Source: Candidatus Zixiibacteriota bacterium (GTDB lineage Bacteria > Zixibacteria > MSB-5A5 > UBA10806 > 4484-95). From it: 64,000 nt of DNA. Position numbers and translations under genes: made by a program. Every line of letters begins with the position of its first letter. Position 1 is the stretch's first letter. Location: assembly GCA_037441845.1 (NCBI GenBank), contig JBBIRK010000005.1, positions 221,230 to 285,229 of the forward strand, in the 5' to 3' direction. Under the pieces are notes generated by a model. That model saw only the letters and a program-made list of their open reading frames with translations, made no database searches and was not told where the DNA came from. This document shows positions 1 to 9,892 of the stretch, piece after piece.

Positions 1-720
1 TCCTGTTTCATGGTTTATGCGGTGATTCCATTCGGGAAAGGCGCACTGGCAGCCGACTTGAATATCGGGATTCTATATATTCTGGCCATCACAACATTCA
101 CGGTGATCTCGATCGTCATGGCCGGTTGGGCCTCCAACAACAAATATGCGCTATTGGGAGGCATGCGCTCCGCATCGCAGGTGATTTCCTATGAAGTGCC
201 GTTGACCTTATCGCTAATGGGCGCGGTCATAATGGCGGGCACGCTTTCAACCGGGCAATTCGTGGAGGCACAGGGTCCTTATATCTGGAAATGGTTCGTT
301 TGGCCGCAATTTTTGGGCTTCACCATTTATCTAATGGCCTCGACAGCCGAACTGAATCGAACTCCTTTCGATCTACCTGAGGCCGAACAGGAGCTCGTGG
401 CGGGATTCAACATCGAGTACTCAGGTATGAAATTCGCGATGTTTTTCTTAGCCGAGTTTCTCAATATGTTCACCGTGGGCGCGGTGGCCACGACCATTTT
501 TCTGGGCGGCTGGCAACCGCCGTTCCCCGCGCTTTCCTTCATACCCTCATGGATCTGGTTTCTCGGCAAATCGCTTTTCATAGTTTTCCTGATAATGTGG
601 TTCAAATGGACCTACCCTCGGGTTCGGGTCGATCACCTTCTCGCGTTCGCCTGGAAAGTCTTATTACCGTTGTCGTTCGCCAATTTGATTTTAACCGCCG
701 CGGGAGTGCTCATATTTTAA
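1..720 (+). CDS. nuoH: NADH-quinone oxidoreductase subunit H (5'-truncated by window edge)
   Basis: GWASNNKYALLGGMRSASQVISYE, NRTPFDLPEAEQELVAGFNIEYSG and YPRVRVD motifs; frame open from position 1. Confidence 0.97.
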   Translation, partial: SCFMVYAVIPFGKGALAADLNIGILYILAITTFTVISIVMAGWASNNKYALLGGMRSASQVISYEVPLTLSLMGAVIMAGTLSTGQFVEAQGPYIWKWFVWPQFLGFTIYLMASTAELNRTPFDLPEAEQELVAGFNIEYSGMKFAMFFLAEFLNMFTVGAVATTIFLGGWQPPFPALSFIPSWIWFLGKSLFIVFLIMWFKWTYPRVRVDHLLAFAWKVLLPLSFANLILTAAGVLIF

Positions 721-723
721 ATT

Positions 724-1302
724 ATGGGATATTTCAAAGACATAGCCAACGGCATTTATAACCTTCTTCTCGGGTTGAAAACCACCGGCAAGCAGCTGCC
801 TCAACGGGCGGTCACCCTGCAGTATCCCAAGGAAAAGATGCCGATGTTCGAAAGATCGCGCGGCATCGTGGTGCTGCTTTCCGACCCGGAAACCGGCGAG
901 TTGAATTGCACCGCCTGCATGCTTTGCGCCAAGGCCTGCCCGGTGGCGGCCATAACCATAACCCAGGCGAAAGATCCGGTCACGAATAAGCGATATCCCA
1001 AGACCTTCGAAGTGAATAATCTGATATGTTGTTTTTGCGGGCTCTGTGAGGAGGCTTGCAATTTCGATGCTATAAAATTGGCTGGCAAGTACGAATTCGC
1101 CACAGCCGACAAGCAAAGCCTGGTGTTTGATTTGGCCAAATTGCAGGAGCTCGGCCGCGATGTCAAATACGAAAAGAAGCGTAAGGCCGTCGCCAAAAAA
1201 CCCGCCGCTAAAATCGAGCCGAAAGAGAAAGCCGCCGCCGCGGCTCCCAACCCCGAGCCACCGGCGCCTGACTCAGCCGACGGATCCGGAGATACGTTAT
1301 GA
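724..1302 (+). CDS. nuoI: NADH-quinone oxidoreductase subunit I (2x[4Fe-4S]) with Lys/Ala/Pro-rich tail
   Basis: VTLQYP, CTACMLCAKACP and CCFCGLCEEAC motifs; operon position. Confidence 0.95.
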   Translation: MGYFKDIANGIYNLLLGLKTTGKQLPQRAVTLQYPKEKMPMFERSRGIVVLLSDPETGELNCTACMLCAKACPVAAITITQAKDPVTNKRYPKTFEVNNLICCFCGLCEEACNFDAIKLAGKYEFATADKQSLVFDLAKLQELGRDVKYEKKRKAVAKKPAAKIEPKEKAAAAAPNPEPPAPDSADGSGDTL

Positions 1303-1799
1303 ACGCGTTTATATTTTATCTATTGGCCGTTATCGCTTCGGTTTCCGCATTCAGGGTCGTGACCGCCAGAAATGTTTTCCATTCGGCGTTGTTTTTGGTG
1401 CTGACTCTGTTTTCGGTCGCCGGAATCTACATTTTGCTCGGCGCGGAATTCCTGGCCGGTGTGCAGGTGCTGATTTATGTGGGGGCGATAACTATCTTGA
1501 TCATTTTCGCCGTTATGCTCACCCATCAGATATCGAATAAAAGCATCAGGCAGACGAACGAACAGGTTTTCCCGGCGGTTTTAATAGTGCTGATATTTTT
1601 CGTCATGAGCATTATCAGCCTGTTTTTGACCTTCTGGCCTATGGCAACCGCCGAAGCAGGCTCGGATAACATTTTCCGAATAGGGCAATTGCTCATGACC
1701 ACGTACGTAATACCATTCGAAGTCATATCGATCGTATTACTGGTCGCCCTTATCGGCGCCATCGTCATCTCCCGACGTGAAAAAAGGAGCGGCGATTGA
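1299..1799 (+). CDS. nuoJ: NADH-quinone oxidoreductase subunit J
   Basis: AEFLAGVQVLIYVGAITILIIFAVML, PFEVISIVLLVALIGA; ATGA overlap with nuoI. Confidence 0.96.
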   Translation: MNAFIFYLLAVIASVSAFRVVTARNVFHSALFLVLTLFSVAGIYILLGAEFLAGVQVLIYVGAITILIIFAVMLTHQISNKSIRQTNEQVFPAVLIVLIFFVMSIISLFLTFWPMATAEAGSDNIFRIGQLLMTTYVIPFEVISIVLLVALIGAIVISRREKRSGD

Positions 1800-2113
1800 T
1801 GGGACAGCTTTCACTATATCATTTTCTTGCATTGGGCGCGGTCCTTTTCGCTTTGGGCGTTTTCGGCCTGCTGACACGCCGCAACGCAATCGGCATCTTG
1901 ATGGCTATCGAACTGCTGTTCAACGCGGCCGCAATCAATTTCGTGGCTTTTGCCAAATACGTCGATCCGAACGGCTTGGCCGGGCAGGCATTCGCCATCT
2001 TCATAATCACCGTGGCCGCGGCCGAGGCAGCCGTTGGCCTGGCCATAGTGATGCTCATATATCGCAATTTCCGGGGAATCGAAGTCGATAAAATCAATTT
2101 CATGAAATGGTAA
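1799..2113 (+). CDS. nuoK: NADH-quinone oxidoreductase subunit K
   Basis: RRNAIGILMAIELLFNAAAINFV, VAAAEAAVGLAIV; TGATG overlap with nuoJ. Confidence 0.97.
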   Translation: MGQLSLYHFLALGAVLFALGVFGLLTRRNAIGILMAIELLFNAAAINFVAFAKYVDPNGLAGQAFAIFIITVAAAEAAVGLAIVMLIYRNFRGIEVDKINFMKW

Positions 2114-2119
2114 ACGGGT

Positions 2120-4054
2120 ATGATTCATAATGGCTGGCTGATTCCGCTGTTTCCTCTGATTTCGTTCTTGATGATCGTGTTCGTCCTCAAGAAGAATCAG
2201 AAGGCATCGAGCTATTTCGCTATAGCGATGGTGCTGATCTCGCTGGTCCTCTCTTTTATCCTGTTTATCGAGATGCTGGCCGATGGTCATGCGTACCACA
2301 AGTTCGTAAACTGGTTGTCTTGGTCTGATTTCGAACTTCCCATGGGGATATTTATCGATCCGTTGACGGCGGTGATGCTGATCGTGGTCACGATCGTATC
2401 GTCGCTGGTACATATCTACTCGCTCGGCTATATGCACGGCGACCCGCGGTTTTCCAGATTTTACGCTTATTTGTCGCTGTTCACGTTTTCGATGCTCGGG
2501 CTGGTAGTGGCCGGGTCGTATGTTTTGATTCTGGTTTTCTGGGAATTGGTGGGGCTGACATCGTACCTATTGATCGGATTCTGGTTCGAAAAAAAGATAG
2601 CCGCCGACGCCGGCAAAAAGGCTTTCGTCACCACCAAACTCGCCGATCTCGGTTTTTTGCTTGGCCTGATGCTGTTGCTTTTTGCGGCCCACACGGCCAG
2701 TATCCCCGAGTTGAACGAATTGATCGAATCCGGGCATGCGCCGATGACTTTGATAGGGATCGCCGGAATTTTGATGTTTATGGGGGCTTGCGGCAAATCG
2801 GCGCAGTTTCCGTTCCACGTTTGGCTGCCCGATGCGATGGAGGGTCCGACTCCGGTCTCGGCGTTGATTCATGCGGCAACAATGGTTGCCGCGGGCGTAT
2901 ATCTGACCGCGCGGATGATGGGGATTATTCTCGTTTCGGAGGCCATGGCGACCGTGGTGGCGACGATCGGCGCCATAACCGCGGTGATGGCGGCATCGAT
3001 AGGTCTGGTGCAAAACGATATCAAGAGAATACTTGCATATTCCACCGTTTCCCAGCTCGGCTATATGATCATGGCGCTCGGTTTGGGGGGATATACCGCC
3101 GGCAGTTTTCATCTTTTTACCCATGCATTTTTCAAGGCTCTCTTATTTCTGGGCGCCGGCTCGGTAATCCATGCGGTTCACACCAATAATATCCAGGAAA
3201 TGGGCGGCCTTCACGGCAAAATGAAGATAACCTCGATTACTTTTCTTATCGCCTCGCTGTCGATCGCCGGTATATTTCCGTTGTCGGGATTCTGGTCGAA
3301 AGACGAAATTTTCGCGGTGGCCTACGATGGCGGCCACTATTTTTTCCTTGCCGCCGGTATCGCCGCCGCATTCATGACCGCATTCTATATGTTCAGGCTA
3401 TATTTCCTGACTTTCACGGGGACGCCGCGCGACCGCCATGCCTACGACCATGCCCATGAATCGCCGCTCAACATGACGATCCCGTTGATGATATTGGCTG
3501 TTCTGTCCGTCTGCGCCGGTTGGTGGGGGATTCCCTGGCTCGAGCATGGCTATGGCAGTTTCGTGAAATTCGGTCATCACGCCCATCACGCCGAGCCGAA
3601 TATCGCCCTGATGGCGGGATCGCTTTTGGTGGCGGGTTCCGGCATAGGTTTCGCCTATTTGGTTTATCGAAAAAAAGTGATCTCCGCCGAGGCTATCGGA
3701 GCGCGTTTCAAGCCGCTGTATAAGCTGCTTTACAACAAATATTATTTCGACGAGTTATACATGGCGGCCATCGTCAATCCGACCTATAAAATAACCGAGA
3801 TATTCTTCCGATTCGACCAGGTCGTTATCGACGGGATCGTGAACGGCGCCGCCAAGCTCACGCTATGGTGGTCATGGGCGAAAGAGAGATTCGACACCTA
3901 TGTAATCGACGGCGCCGTGAACGGGGCAGGTTATCTTTCCCTGGCTATCGGGCGCGTTTTGCGCAGGACTCAAACCGGCCAACTTCAAACCTACGCTTTG
4001 GTGGTGTTCATAGGCGCGGTGATATTGATATTCATGAAATTTATCCGAATTTGA
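2120..4054 (+). CDS. nuoL: NADH-quinone oxidoreductase subunit L
   Basis: GKSAQFPFHVWLPDAMEGPTPVSALIHAATMVAAGVY, DIKRILAYSTVSQLG, HAFFKALLFL. Confidence 0.97.
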   Translation: MIHNGWLIPLFPLISFLMIVFVLKKNQKASSYFAIAMVLISLVLSFILFIEMLADGHAYHKFVNWLSWSDFELPMGIFIDPLTAVMLIVVTIVSSLVHIYSLGYMHGDPRFSRFYAYLSLFTFSMLGLVVAGSYVLILVFWELVGLTSYLLIGFWFEKKIAADAGKKAFVTTKLADLGFLLGLMLLLFAAHTASIPELNELIESGHAPMTLIGIAGILMFMGACGKSAQFPFHVWLPDAMEGPTPVSALIHAATMVAAGVYLTARMMGIILVSEAMATVVATIGAITAVMAASIGLVQNDIKRILAYSTVSQLGYMIMALGLGGYTAGSFHLFTHAFFKALLFLGAGSVIHAVHTNNIQEMGGLHGKMKITSITFLIASLSIAGIFPLSGFWSKDEIFAVAYDGGHYFFLAAGIAAAFMTAFYMFRLYFLTFTGTPRDRHAYDHAHESPLNMTIPLMILAVLSVCAGWWGIPWLEHGYGSFVKFGHHAHHAEPNIALMAGSLLVAGSGIGFAYLVYRKKVISAEAIGARFKPLYKLLYNKYYFDELYMAAIVNPTYKITEIFFRFDQVVIDGIVNGAAKLTLWWSWAKERFDTYVIDGAVNGAGYLSLAIGRVLRRTQTGQLQTYALVVFIGAVILIFMKFIRI

Positions 4055-4064
4055 GGAGGAGCAA

Positions 4065-5537
4065 GTGGGCTTTCCAATACTTAGTTTTCTGACTTTCTTC
4101 CCGTTGCTGGGAGTGATCGCGGTATTGCTTCTGCGCAGAACCGATATCGGGCTTATTCGCTGGACCGCCGCTTTTTTCTCGTTCGTGCCGCTTGTGGCCT
4201 CGATTTTTCTGGTAGCCGGATACGACACCTCCACTTCGGCCATTCAATTCATAGAGCGCCACGCCTGGTTTCCTCAGATCAACGTTACTTACTATCTGGG
4301 CGCCGACGGCCTTTCCGTGCCGATGTTGTTCTTGACAGCGCTGTTGTCGTTTATATCGATAATCGCCTCGTTCGGGATCAAGGAGAGAGTAAAAGAGTAT
4401 TTCGCCTGGTTCTTGTTGCTTGAAGTCGGAATGATGGGCGTATTTTGTGCTCTCGATTTCTTCCTCTTTTATATTTTCTGGGAAATAATGCTGGTGCCGA
4501 TGTATTTCCTTATCGGCGTTTGGGGAGGTCCGCGACGGGAATACGCTGCGATAAAGTTTTTCCTGTATACGCTTTTCGGCTCGCTTTTCATGTTGGTGGC
4601 CATTTTAGCCCTGTATTTCACCACCGGCACGCTGGATATGATGGAGCTGATTGCAAAAAACGCCATGTACGGACATTCGTTTCAGCTCTGGGTATTTGCT
4701 GCTTTTTTCATCGCTTTCGCCATAAAAGTTCCTGTCTGGCCGTTCCATACTTGGTTACCCGACGCTCACGTTGAGGCACCGACGGCGGTTTCGGTGATCC
4801 TGGCGGGTATTCTTCTGAAAATGGGAACTTACGGCATCTTACGCGTCAACTTTCCGATGTTTCCCGAGGCGACCAAATACTTCTCGATACCGATAGCTAT
4901 CCTCGGCTTGATAGGCATTATTTACGGCGCACTCGTCTCGATGGCGCAGAAAGATTTGAAAAAGCTGGTGGCTTACTCGTCCGTTTCGCACATGGGCTAC
5001 TGTATGCTCGGCATGGCGGCCATAACCACGGTCGGCGTCAGCGGCTGCCTGTTCCAGATGTTTTCGCACGGGGTAATCACGGGCGCTTTGTTTTTACTGG
5101 TCGGCGTGATTTATGACCGCGCCCATACCCGCGAGATAGCCGCTTTCGGTGGTTTGGGAGCGAAATTGCCGGTTTACACCGGCATCTTCACCTTATTCGG
5201 AATGGCGTCATTAGGTTTACCCGGCATGTCCGGATTCGTCGCCGAATTCATGGTGTTCGTCGGATCGTTCAATTCCCCGTTCATCGAGCGCTGGATAGTG
5301 ATCCTGGCCGTGCTGGGCGTGATCTTGACGGCCGGATACATACTGCGGATGATCCAAAAAATGTTTTTGGGCCAGTTCAACACCAAATGGGAAAATCTGA
5401 CGGATATAAACGGCCGCGAGATTTTCACCGTATTCCCGCTGGCGGTTTTTACGCTTTTGATAGGAATCTGGCCGAACTCGTTGAATGTGTTTCTGAAGGC
5501 GACGGTCGAAAATCTGGTGAAAATTTTCGGCAACTGA
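4065..5537 (+). CDS. nuoM: NADH-quinone oxidoreductase subunit M
   Basis: KVPVWPFHTWLPDAHVEAPT, DLKKLVAYSSVSHMG; GTG start after GAGGAGG. Confidence 0.97.
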   Translation: MGFPILSFLTFFPLLGVIAVLLLRRTDIGLIRWTAAFFSFVPLVASIFLVAGYDTSTSAIQFIERHAWFPQINVTYYLGADGLSVPMLFLTALLSFISIIASFGIKERVKEYFAWFLLLEVGMMGVFCALDFFLFYIFWEIMLVPMYFLIGVWGGPRREYAAIKFFLYTLFGSLFMLVAILALYFTTGTLDMMELIAKNAMYGHSFQLWVFAAFFIAFAIKVPVWPFHTWLPDAHVEAPTAVSVILAGILLKMGTYGILRVNFPMFPEATKYFSIPIAILGLIGIIYGALVSMAQKDLKKLVAYSSVSHMGYCMLGMAAITTVGVSGCLFQMFSHGVITGALFLLVGVIYDRAHTREIAAFGGLGAKLPVYTGIFTLFGMASLGLPGMSGFVAEFMVFVGSFNSPFIERWIVILAVLGVILTAGYILRMIQKMFLGQFNTKWENLTDINGREIFTVFPLAVFTLLIGIWPNSLNVFLKATVENLVKIFGN

Positions 5538-5547
5538 TAGAGGCGAA

Positions 5548-6141
5548 GTGGAAAACAAACAAACGATTTTATTTCTCACTCATATCTACCCGCGTTACGA
5601 TAAGGATTATATTGCGCCTTTCGTGGGCATCCTGGCCGAACATCTCGTTCCCTATTACGATATTGTGGTCCTGTGTCCGCGCCATCCCCGGGCGACTTCC
5701 GAGCGTAACGGTGTGGCGTTCGAATACTTTAAATACTCTATCAAGAAGTGGGAAAAACTTTCTTACACCGGCAACTTGTTCGCCAAGGTGAGAGGGTTCA
5801 GGCCGCACTACCAATTATTGACAATCTGTTTTTTGCTTTGCTATTTGATCAAGGCCATTTCGGTCATAAAACGCCGTCGACCGATTTTGATCCACAGTCA
5901 TTGGTTCGTGCCGTCCGGTTTGGTCGGACATCTCGCCTCGATTCTTACCGGCTTGCCGCACGTGGTCACGGTTTACAGCGATTCCTTTTTAATCGCCAAA
6001 AACCGACTCCTACGTTATTTGGCGAAAATGATTTTCGGGCGGGCAGGGGCGGTGGTCGCAATATCTAAAAGCGTGAAAGAATACGTCGCTCCCGTATACG
6101 CGGAGCCGAGGATAATTTACCCATGCAGCCGCGTATTTTGA
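5548..6141 (+). CDS. Glycosyltransferase family 4, N-terminal (acceptor) Rossmann domain only
   Basis: ILFLTHIYP...IHSHWFVPSGLVG...HVVTVYSD...VVAIS pattern of the GT4 N-domain; ends where the interdomain linker should begin. Confidence 0.8.
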   Translation: MENKQTILFLTHIYPRYDKDYIAPFVGILAEHLVPYYDIVVLCPRHPRATSERNGVAFEYFKYSIKKWEKLSYTGNLFAKVRGFRPHYQLLTICFLLCYLIKAISVIKRRRPILIHSHWFVPSGLVGHLASILTGLPHVVTVYSDSFLIAKNRLLRYLAKMIFGRAGAVVAISKSVKEYVAPVYAEPRIIYPCSRVF

Positions 6142-6692
6142 GTGTCGGACGGTTGGTGCCTCGCAAGGGGCACTCATACCTTATCGATGCCGTCGCCCGG
6201 CTGGTTGCCAAGGGTCGCTCTCTGAAATTGGTTATTGTCGGCTATGGACCGCTTAAAGACGAACTGATCGCACGAGGCAAGGGTATCGACCTGGAAATAA
6301 AAGAAGCCATATCCGAAGAGGAGCTTAACGAAGAATACAAGGCGGCCGATATCTTCGTTTTGCCCTCGATCACCGATGAACAGGGGGAAAAAGAAGGACT
6401 CGGATTGGTTTCGCTCGAAGCCATCTCGTTCGGCGTTCCGGTAGTGGCTTTCGACAACGGCGGTATCGGCGAAGTGATAATCGACGGAAAGACCGGCTTG
6501 CTTGTCGCGGAGAAAGATACCGAAGGATTGGCGGCGGCGATCGAAAAACTGCTCGATGATCGAAAGTTGGGTGACGACCTCACCGCCGCAGCGATGGAAT
6601 ATGCGAAAAAAAATTTCGCCGCAACAGTGCTTGCGCGCCAGCAGGCCGAAATATATCAGGAACTGATCGAAAACAAGGCAGCTGTTCGTTGA
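6123..6692 (+). CDS. Glycosyltransferase family 4, C-terminal (nucleotide-sugar donor) domain only
   Basis: ILSVGRLVPRKG, ADIFVLPS, EGLGLVSLEA (EX7E), GVPVVAFDNGGIGEVI. Confidence 0.88.
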   Translation: MQPRILSVGRLVPRKGHSYLIDAVARLVAKGRSLKLVIVGYGPLKDELIARGKGIDLEIKEAISEEELNEEYKAADIFVLPSITDEQGEKEGLGLVSLEAISFGVPVVAFDNGGIGEVIIDGKTGLLVAEKDTEGLAAAIEKLLDDRKLGDDLTAAAMEYAKKNFAATVLARQQAEIYQELIENKAAVR

Positions 6693-6697
6693 AATGA

Positions 6698-8137
6698 ATG
6701 GTAGATAATATGGATTACAGGTTGATCGCACCCGAAGTCGTGCTTTTCGTTTGGTCGCTATTTATTTTATTTCTGGGCCTATGGGCAAATGATCGTAATC
6801 ATCGCCTTGTAGGATTCATGAGCCTGATCGGCCTGGTGATCGTGCTGTGGTTGGCGGCGGCCACCCCCGACGGCAAATTTTTCGGCGATACGTTCATCTC
6901 CGATTCATACTCGAGAGCGTTCAAGACGGTTATGCTGCTGTCGGCGATACTGACGATCATCATCTCCATGGATTTCGCCTCGACCCGTCTGATAAATCGC
7001 GCAGAATATTACGGTATCATTTTGATGTGCACGACCGGCATGATGTTTCTGTCATCGGCAGGCGAATTGATTTCGCTATACGTGGCGCTCGAATTATCGA
7101 CGATTTCTCTTTATATTCTGGCCTCGTTCATGAAAAAAGACTTGAAATCTACGGAAGCAGGATTGAAATACTTGATACTCGGGGCGGCATCGTCGGGAAT
7201 ATTGCTGTATGGTCTGTCGCTGATTTACGGCCTTACCGGAACGACCGTAATCGATGATATAAGTTACCGTCTCGTGCTCGGTCCCGGAACCTCCTTGGCG
7301 ATGATATTCGCGATCGTGATGTTCTTGGCGGGTTTCGGATTCAAGCTGGCGGCGGCGCCGTTTCATATGTGGGCACCCGACGTTTACGAGGGAGCTCCGA
7401 CACCGATAACCGCCTATCTGTCGGTGGCCTCGAAAGCCGCCGGTTTGGTGGCGTTCGTGCGGATATTTTTCGATTCCCTCTTCATCGTGCGGGCAGAATG
7501 GGTGGTGATGATCGAGGTTCTGGCGGTGCTGGCGATGATAGTCGGGAACGTGGTTGCACTTTTGCAGAAAAATATCAAACGTATGCTCGCCTATTCATCG
7601 ATCGCTCAGGTGGGTTACGTATTGGTGGCGATCGCCGCCGGAATCGACTTGTCGATCGGATCGATGATGATATTTCTATTGGCATATCTGTTCGCCAATG
7701 TCGGCGCTTTCACCGTAGTAATCGGGATAACCAATTTCACCCGTTCCGACAATATCGAAGATTTCAGCGGCCTCTGGAAACGCAGCCCTTCGACCGCCGT
7801 GTTCATGACCATTTTCATGCTTTCGCTGGTGGGTATCCCTCTGACCGGTGGTTTTATCGGCAAATACTTCCTTTTCGGAGCGGCCGTGAAAGAGGGCCTC
7901 TATGGCATCGTCATCGTGGCGGTTCTCACTTCGGTGATATCGCTTTTTTACTACATGAACGTCGTCCGCGTGATGATGTTTCTGCCGCCTAAATCGAACG
8001 ATAAAATTCCGATTTCGAATCTCATCCGTTTCGGATTGCTGCTCAGCGCGGCCATGGTGTTAATAATCGGTATCCTGCCCGATCTTTTCTATAGATGGGG
8101 CATGAGCGCCGCAGCCCCGTTCAAATTTCTACCATAA
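6698..8137 (+). CDS. nuoN: NADH-quinone oxidoreductase subunit N
   Basis: EAGLKYLILGAASS, FKLAAAPFHMWAPDVYEGAPTP, NIKRMLAYSSIAQ. Confidence 0.97.
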   Translation: MVDNMDYRLIAPEVVLFVWSLFILFLGLWANDRNHRLVGFMSLIGLVIVLWLAAATPDGKFFGDTFISDSYSRAFKTVMLLSAILTIIISMDFASTRLINRAEYYGIILMCTTGMMFLSSAGELISLYVALELSTISLYILASFMKKDLKSTEAGLKYLILGAASSGILLYGLSLIYGLTGTTVIDDISYRLVLGPGTSLAMIFAIVMFLAGFGFKLAAAPFHMWAPDVYEGAPTPITAYLSVASKAAGLVAFVRIFFDSLFIVRAEWVVMIEVLAVLAMIVGNVVALLQKNIKRMLAYSSIAQVGYVLVAIAAGIDLSIGSMMIFLLAYLFANVGAFTVVIGITNFTRSDNIEDFSGLWKRSPSTAVFMTIFMLSLVGIPLTGGFIGKYFLFGAAVKEGLYGIVIVAVLTSVISLFYYMNVVRVMMFLPPKSNDKIPISNLIRFGLLLSAAMVLIIGILPDLFYRWGMSAAAPFKFLP

Positions 8138-8260
8138 CAACCGCTTTGGCCGATATCAATGCTTACTCAGGTATCGCCAGGTTGTCATCATTGATACCGA
8201 CTTTAAGCTGCCTGCAGGCATACCGATGATTACTCGCTGTCGGTTTCATTCCTTTTCAGG

Positions 8261-8289
8261 TTGACAGGTATCGGTCGATAAATGATAAT
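8261..8289 (+). promoter_or_regulatory. sigma70-type promoter, predicted leaderless transcript
   Basis: TTGACA-N17-GATAAT; ATG at 8296 is 7 nt past the -10 element; no SD. Confidence 0.6.
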
Positions 8290-8295
8290 AGAACC

Positions 8296-8952
8296 ATGAG
8301 CAGACGCCGTAGTTTAAGCGATATATTCCGCGGTATTTTCGTTTCGGGAATACTGGTCATCGTCCCGCTGATACTGACTTTCATTTTACTGAGATTGCTT
8401 GTCGAATCGGCTGACGGTTGGGTTAAACCGATAATCATAAAGATCTTCGGTCAGCCGCTCGATTTTCCTTTCGCCGGCATAATTATCACATTGGCGTTGA
8501 TTTTTTTCGCAGGGATTTTGGCCGCCAATGTTTTCGGCAACTGGCTTATCCGCTTATGGGAATTGGCCCTATTGCGGATTCCATTCGTAAATTTTATTTA
8601 CGGTTCGGCCAAGCAATTCATACAGGCGCTGGCCTTGCCCCAGAAAAAAGCTTTCAAGTCGGTCGTGCTCGTCGAATATCCGCGAGCCGGCATTTATGCG
8701 ATCGGATTTCTTTCCAGCCAGACATCAATATGGACGGCCGAAGGCAAGAAAGATTACCTAGTGGTATTCATACCGAATACGCCGACCCCGTTTACGGGGA
8801 TGCCGATACTTTTTCCTAAAGAGACGGTGGTTGAATTAGATCTGCCGATAGAGGAAGGGATCAAGCTGGTGGTATCGGGCGGGATAATTACGCCGGCCGC
8901 GATAAATCCACTTAAATCCGACAAATCGGAACGGATGATCCAATCGCCCTAA
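8296..8952 (+). CDS. DUF502 family membrane protein
   Basis: Two N-terminal TM helices, RIPFVNFIYGSAKQ, VVLVEYPRAG, VFIPNTPTPFTG, LVVSGG. Confidence 0.88.
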   Translation: MSRRRSLSDIFRGIFVSGILVIVPLILTFILLRLLVESADGWVKPIIIKIFGQPLDFPFAGIIITLALIFFAGILAANVFGNWLIRLWELALLRIPFVNFIYGSAKQFIQALALPQKKAFKSVVLVEYPRAGIYAIGFLSSQTSIWTAEGKKDYLVVFIPNTPTPFTGMPILFPKETVVELDLPIEEGIKLVVSGGIITPAAINPLKSDKSERMIQSP

Positions 8953-8988
8953 GATACAAGCGCAAATGAATCACCTTAGGAAAGAGCG

Positions 8989-9891
8989 ATGAATCTCAGC
9001 AAAATTTTCGATCCCGATCTAATCAAACTTGACCTTCAGGCCTCCTCAAGAGAAGCCGCAGTGGAAACTTTGGTCGATATGTTCTGCAGCAAATATCCGA
9101 ATATCAACCGGCAGGAAGTGATCGCCGCTATAAATGAACGGGAAAAGCTCGGCTCCACCTCAATGGGCCGTGGAGTCGCTTTCCCCCATGCCAGGACAGA
9201 TCTCGTTACCGGCCTTCATGTGGTCCTGGGCATCTGCCGCACGCCGATCGCCGCGGAAACACCCGACGGTAAGCCGTTACAGTTGATTTTTTTATTGCTG
9301 ACGCCCCGCAACATCTCGAAGGTCTATCTGCAAAGTTTATCCGGCCTGGCCAATTTGTCAAGACGACCTGAAACCCTGCCCTCGTTGCTTGCCGCCTCCG
9401 ACAGCCGTGAGGTGATAGAGATCATCCACCGGGCGTCGATAGCGGTCGAGCCGATAATCATGGCCGGAGATATAATGACCGCTGATCCGATAACCATCAA
9501 ACGTGACAACACGATAAGAGAAGCCGTTAATATAATGTTCAAGCATAAAATCAGCGGACTTCCGGTGGTATCCGAAAACGGCCGATTGGAGGGTGAAATC
9601 ACCCTGCAGGATATTATCCGTTTCGCACTTGAAAAATATGCTACATCATCTTCCAATGCAGGCGAATCGGCGTCACGAACCTACGACGAGATTATGCAGA
9701 AGTCGAACACTATCCCGGTCGAGCAGGTGATGAGTGGCAATCCGTTGACGATCGAAATTCACGCTCCCCTGAGGGATGTCGCTCAGGCGATACTCAACAG
9801 CAACCGCGGGCGGGCTATGGTCATTTCTGATGGGAATCTTCGTGGAATCATCACTTTGACCGATATCGTAATCAAGATAATTAGAGGCTGA
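8989..9891 (+). CDS. PTS EIIA (fructose/Ntr-type) domain fused to a CBS pair
   Basis: EREKLGSTSMGRGVAFPHAR (phospho-His); C-terminal DIMT...ISGLPVV...GIITLTDI CBS repeats. Confidence 0.88.
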   Translation: MNLSKIFDPDLIKLDLQASSREAAVETLVDMFCSKYPNINRQEVIAAINEREKLGSTSMGRGVAFPHARTDLVTGLHVVLGICRTPIAAETPDGKPLQLIFLLLTPRNISKVYLQSLSGLANLSRRPETLPSLLAASDSREVIEIIHRASIAVEPIIMAGDIMTADPITIKRDNTIREAVNIMFKHKISGLPVVSENGRLEGEITLQDIIRFALEKYATSSSNAGESASRTYDEIMQKSNTIPVEQVMSGNPLTIEIHAPLRDVAQAILNSNRGRAMVISDGNLRGIITLTDIVIKIIRG

Positions 9892-9892
9892 A

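Noticed and set aside
6100..6145. Programmed -1 frameshift joining the GT4 halves
   Set aside because: No canonical X XXY YYZ slippery heptamer in frame and no clear stimulatory hairpin; kept only as an alternative in the split-GT finding.
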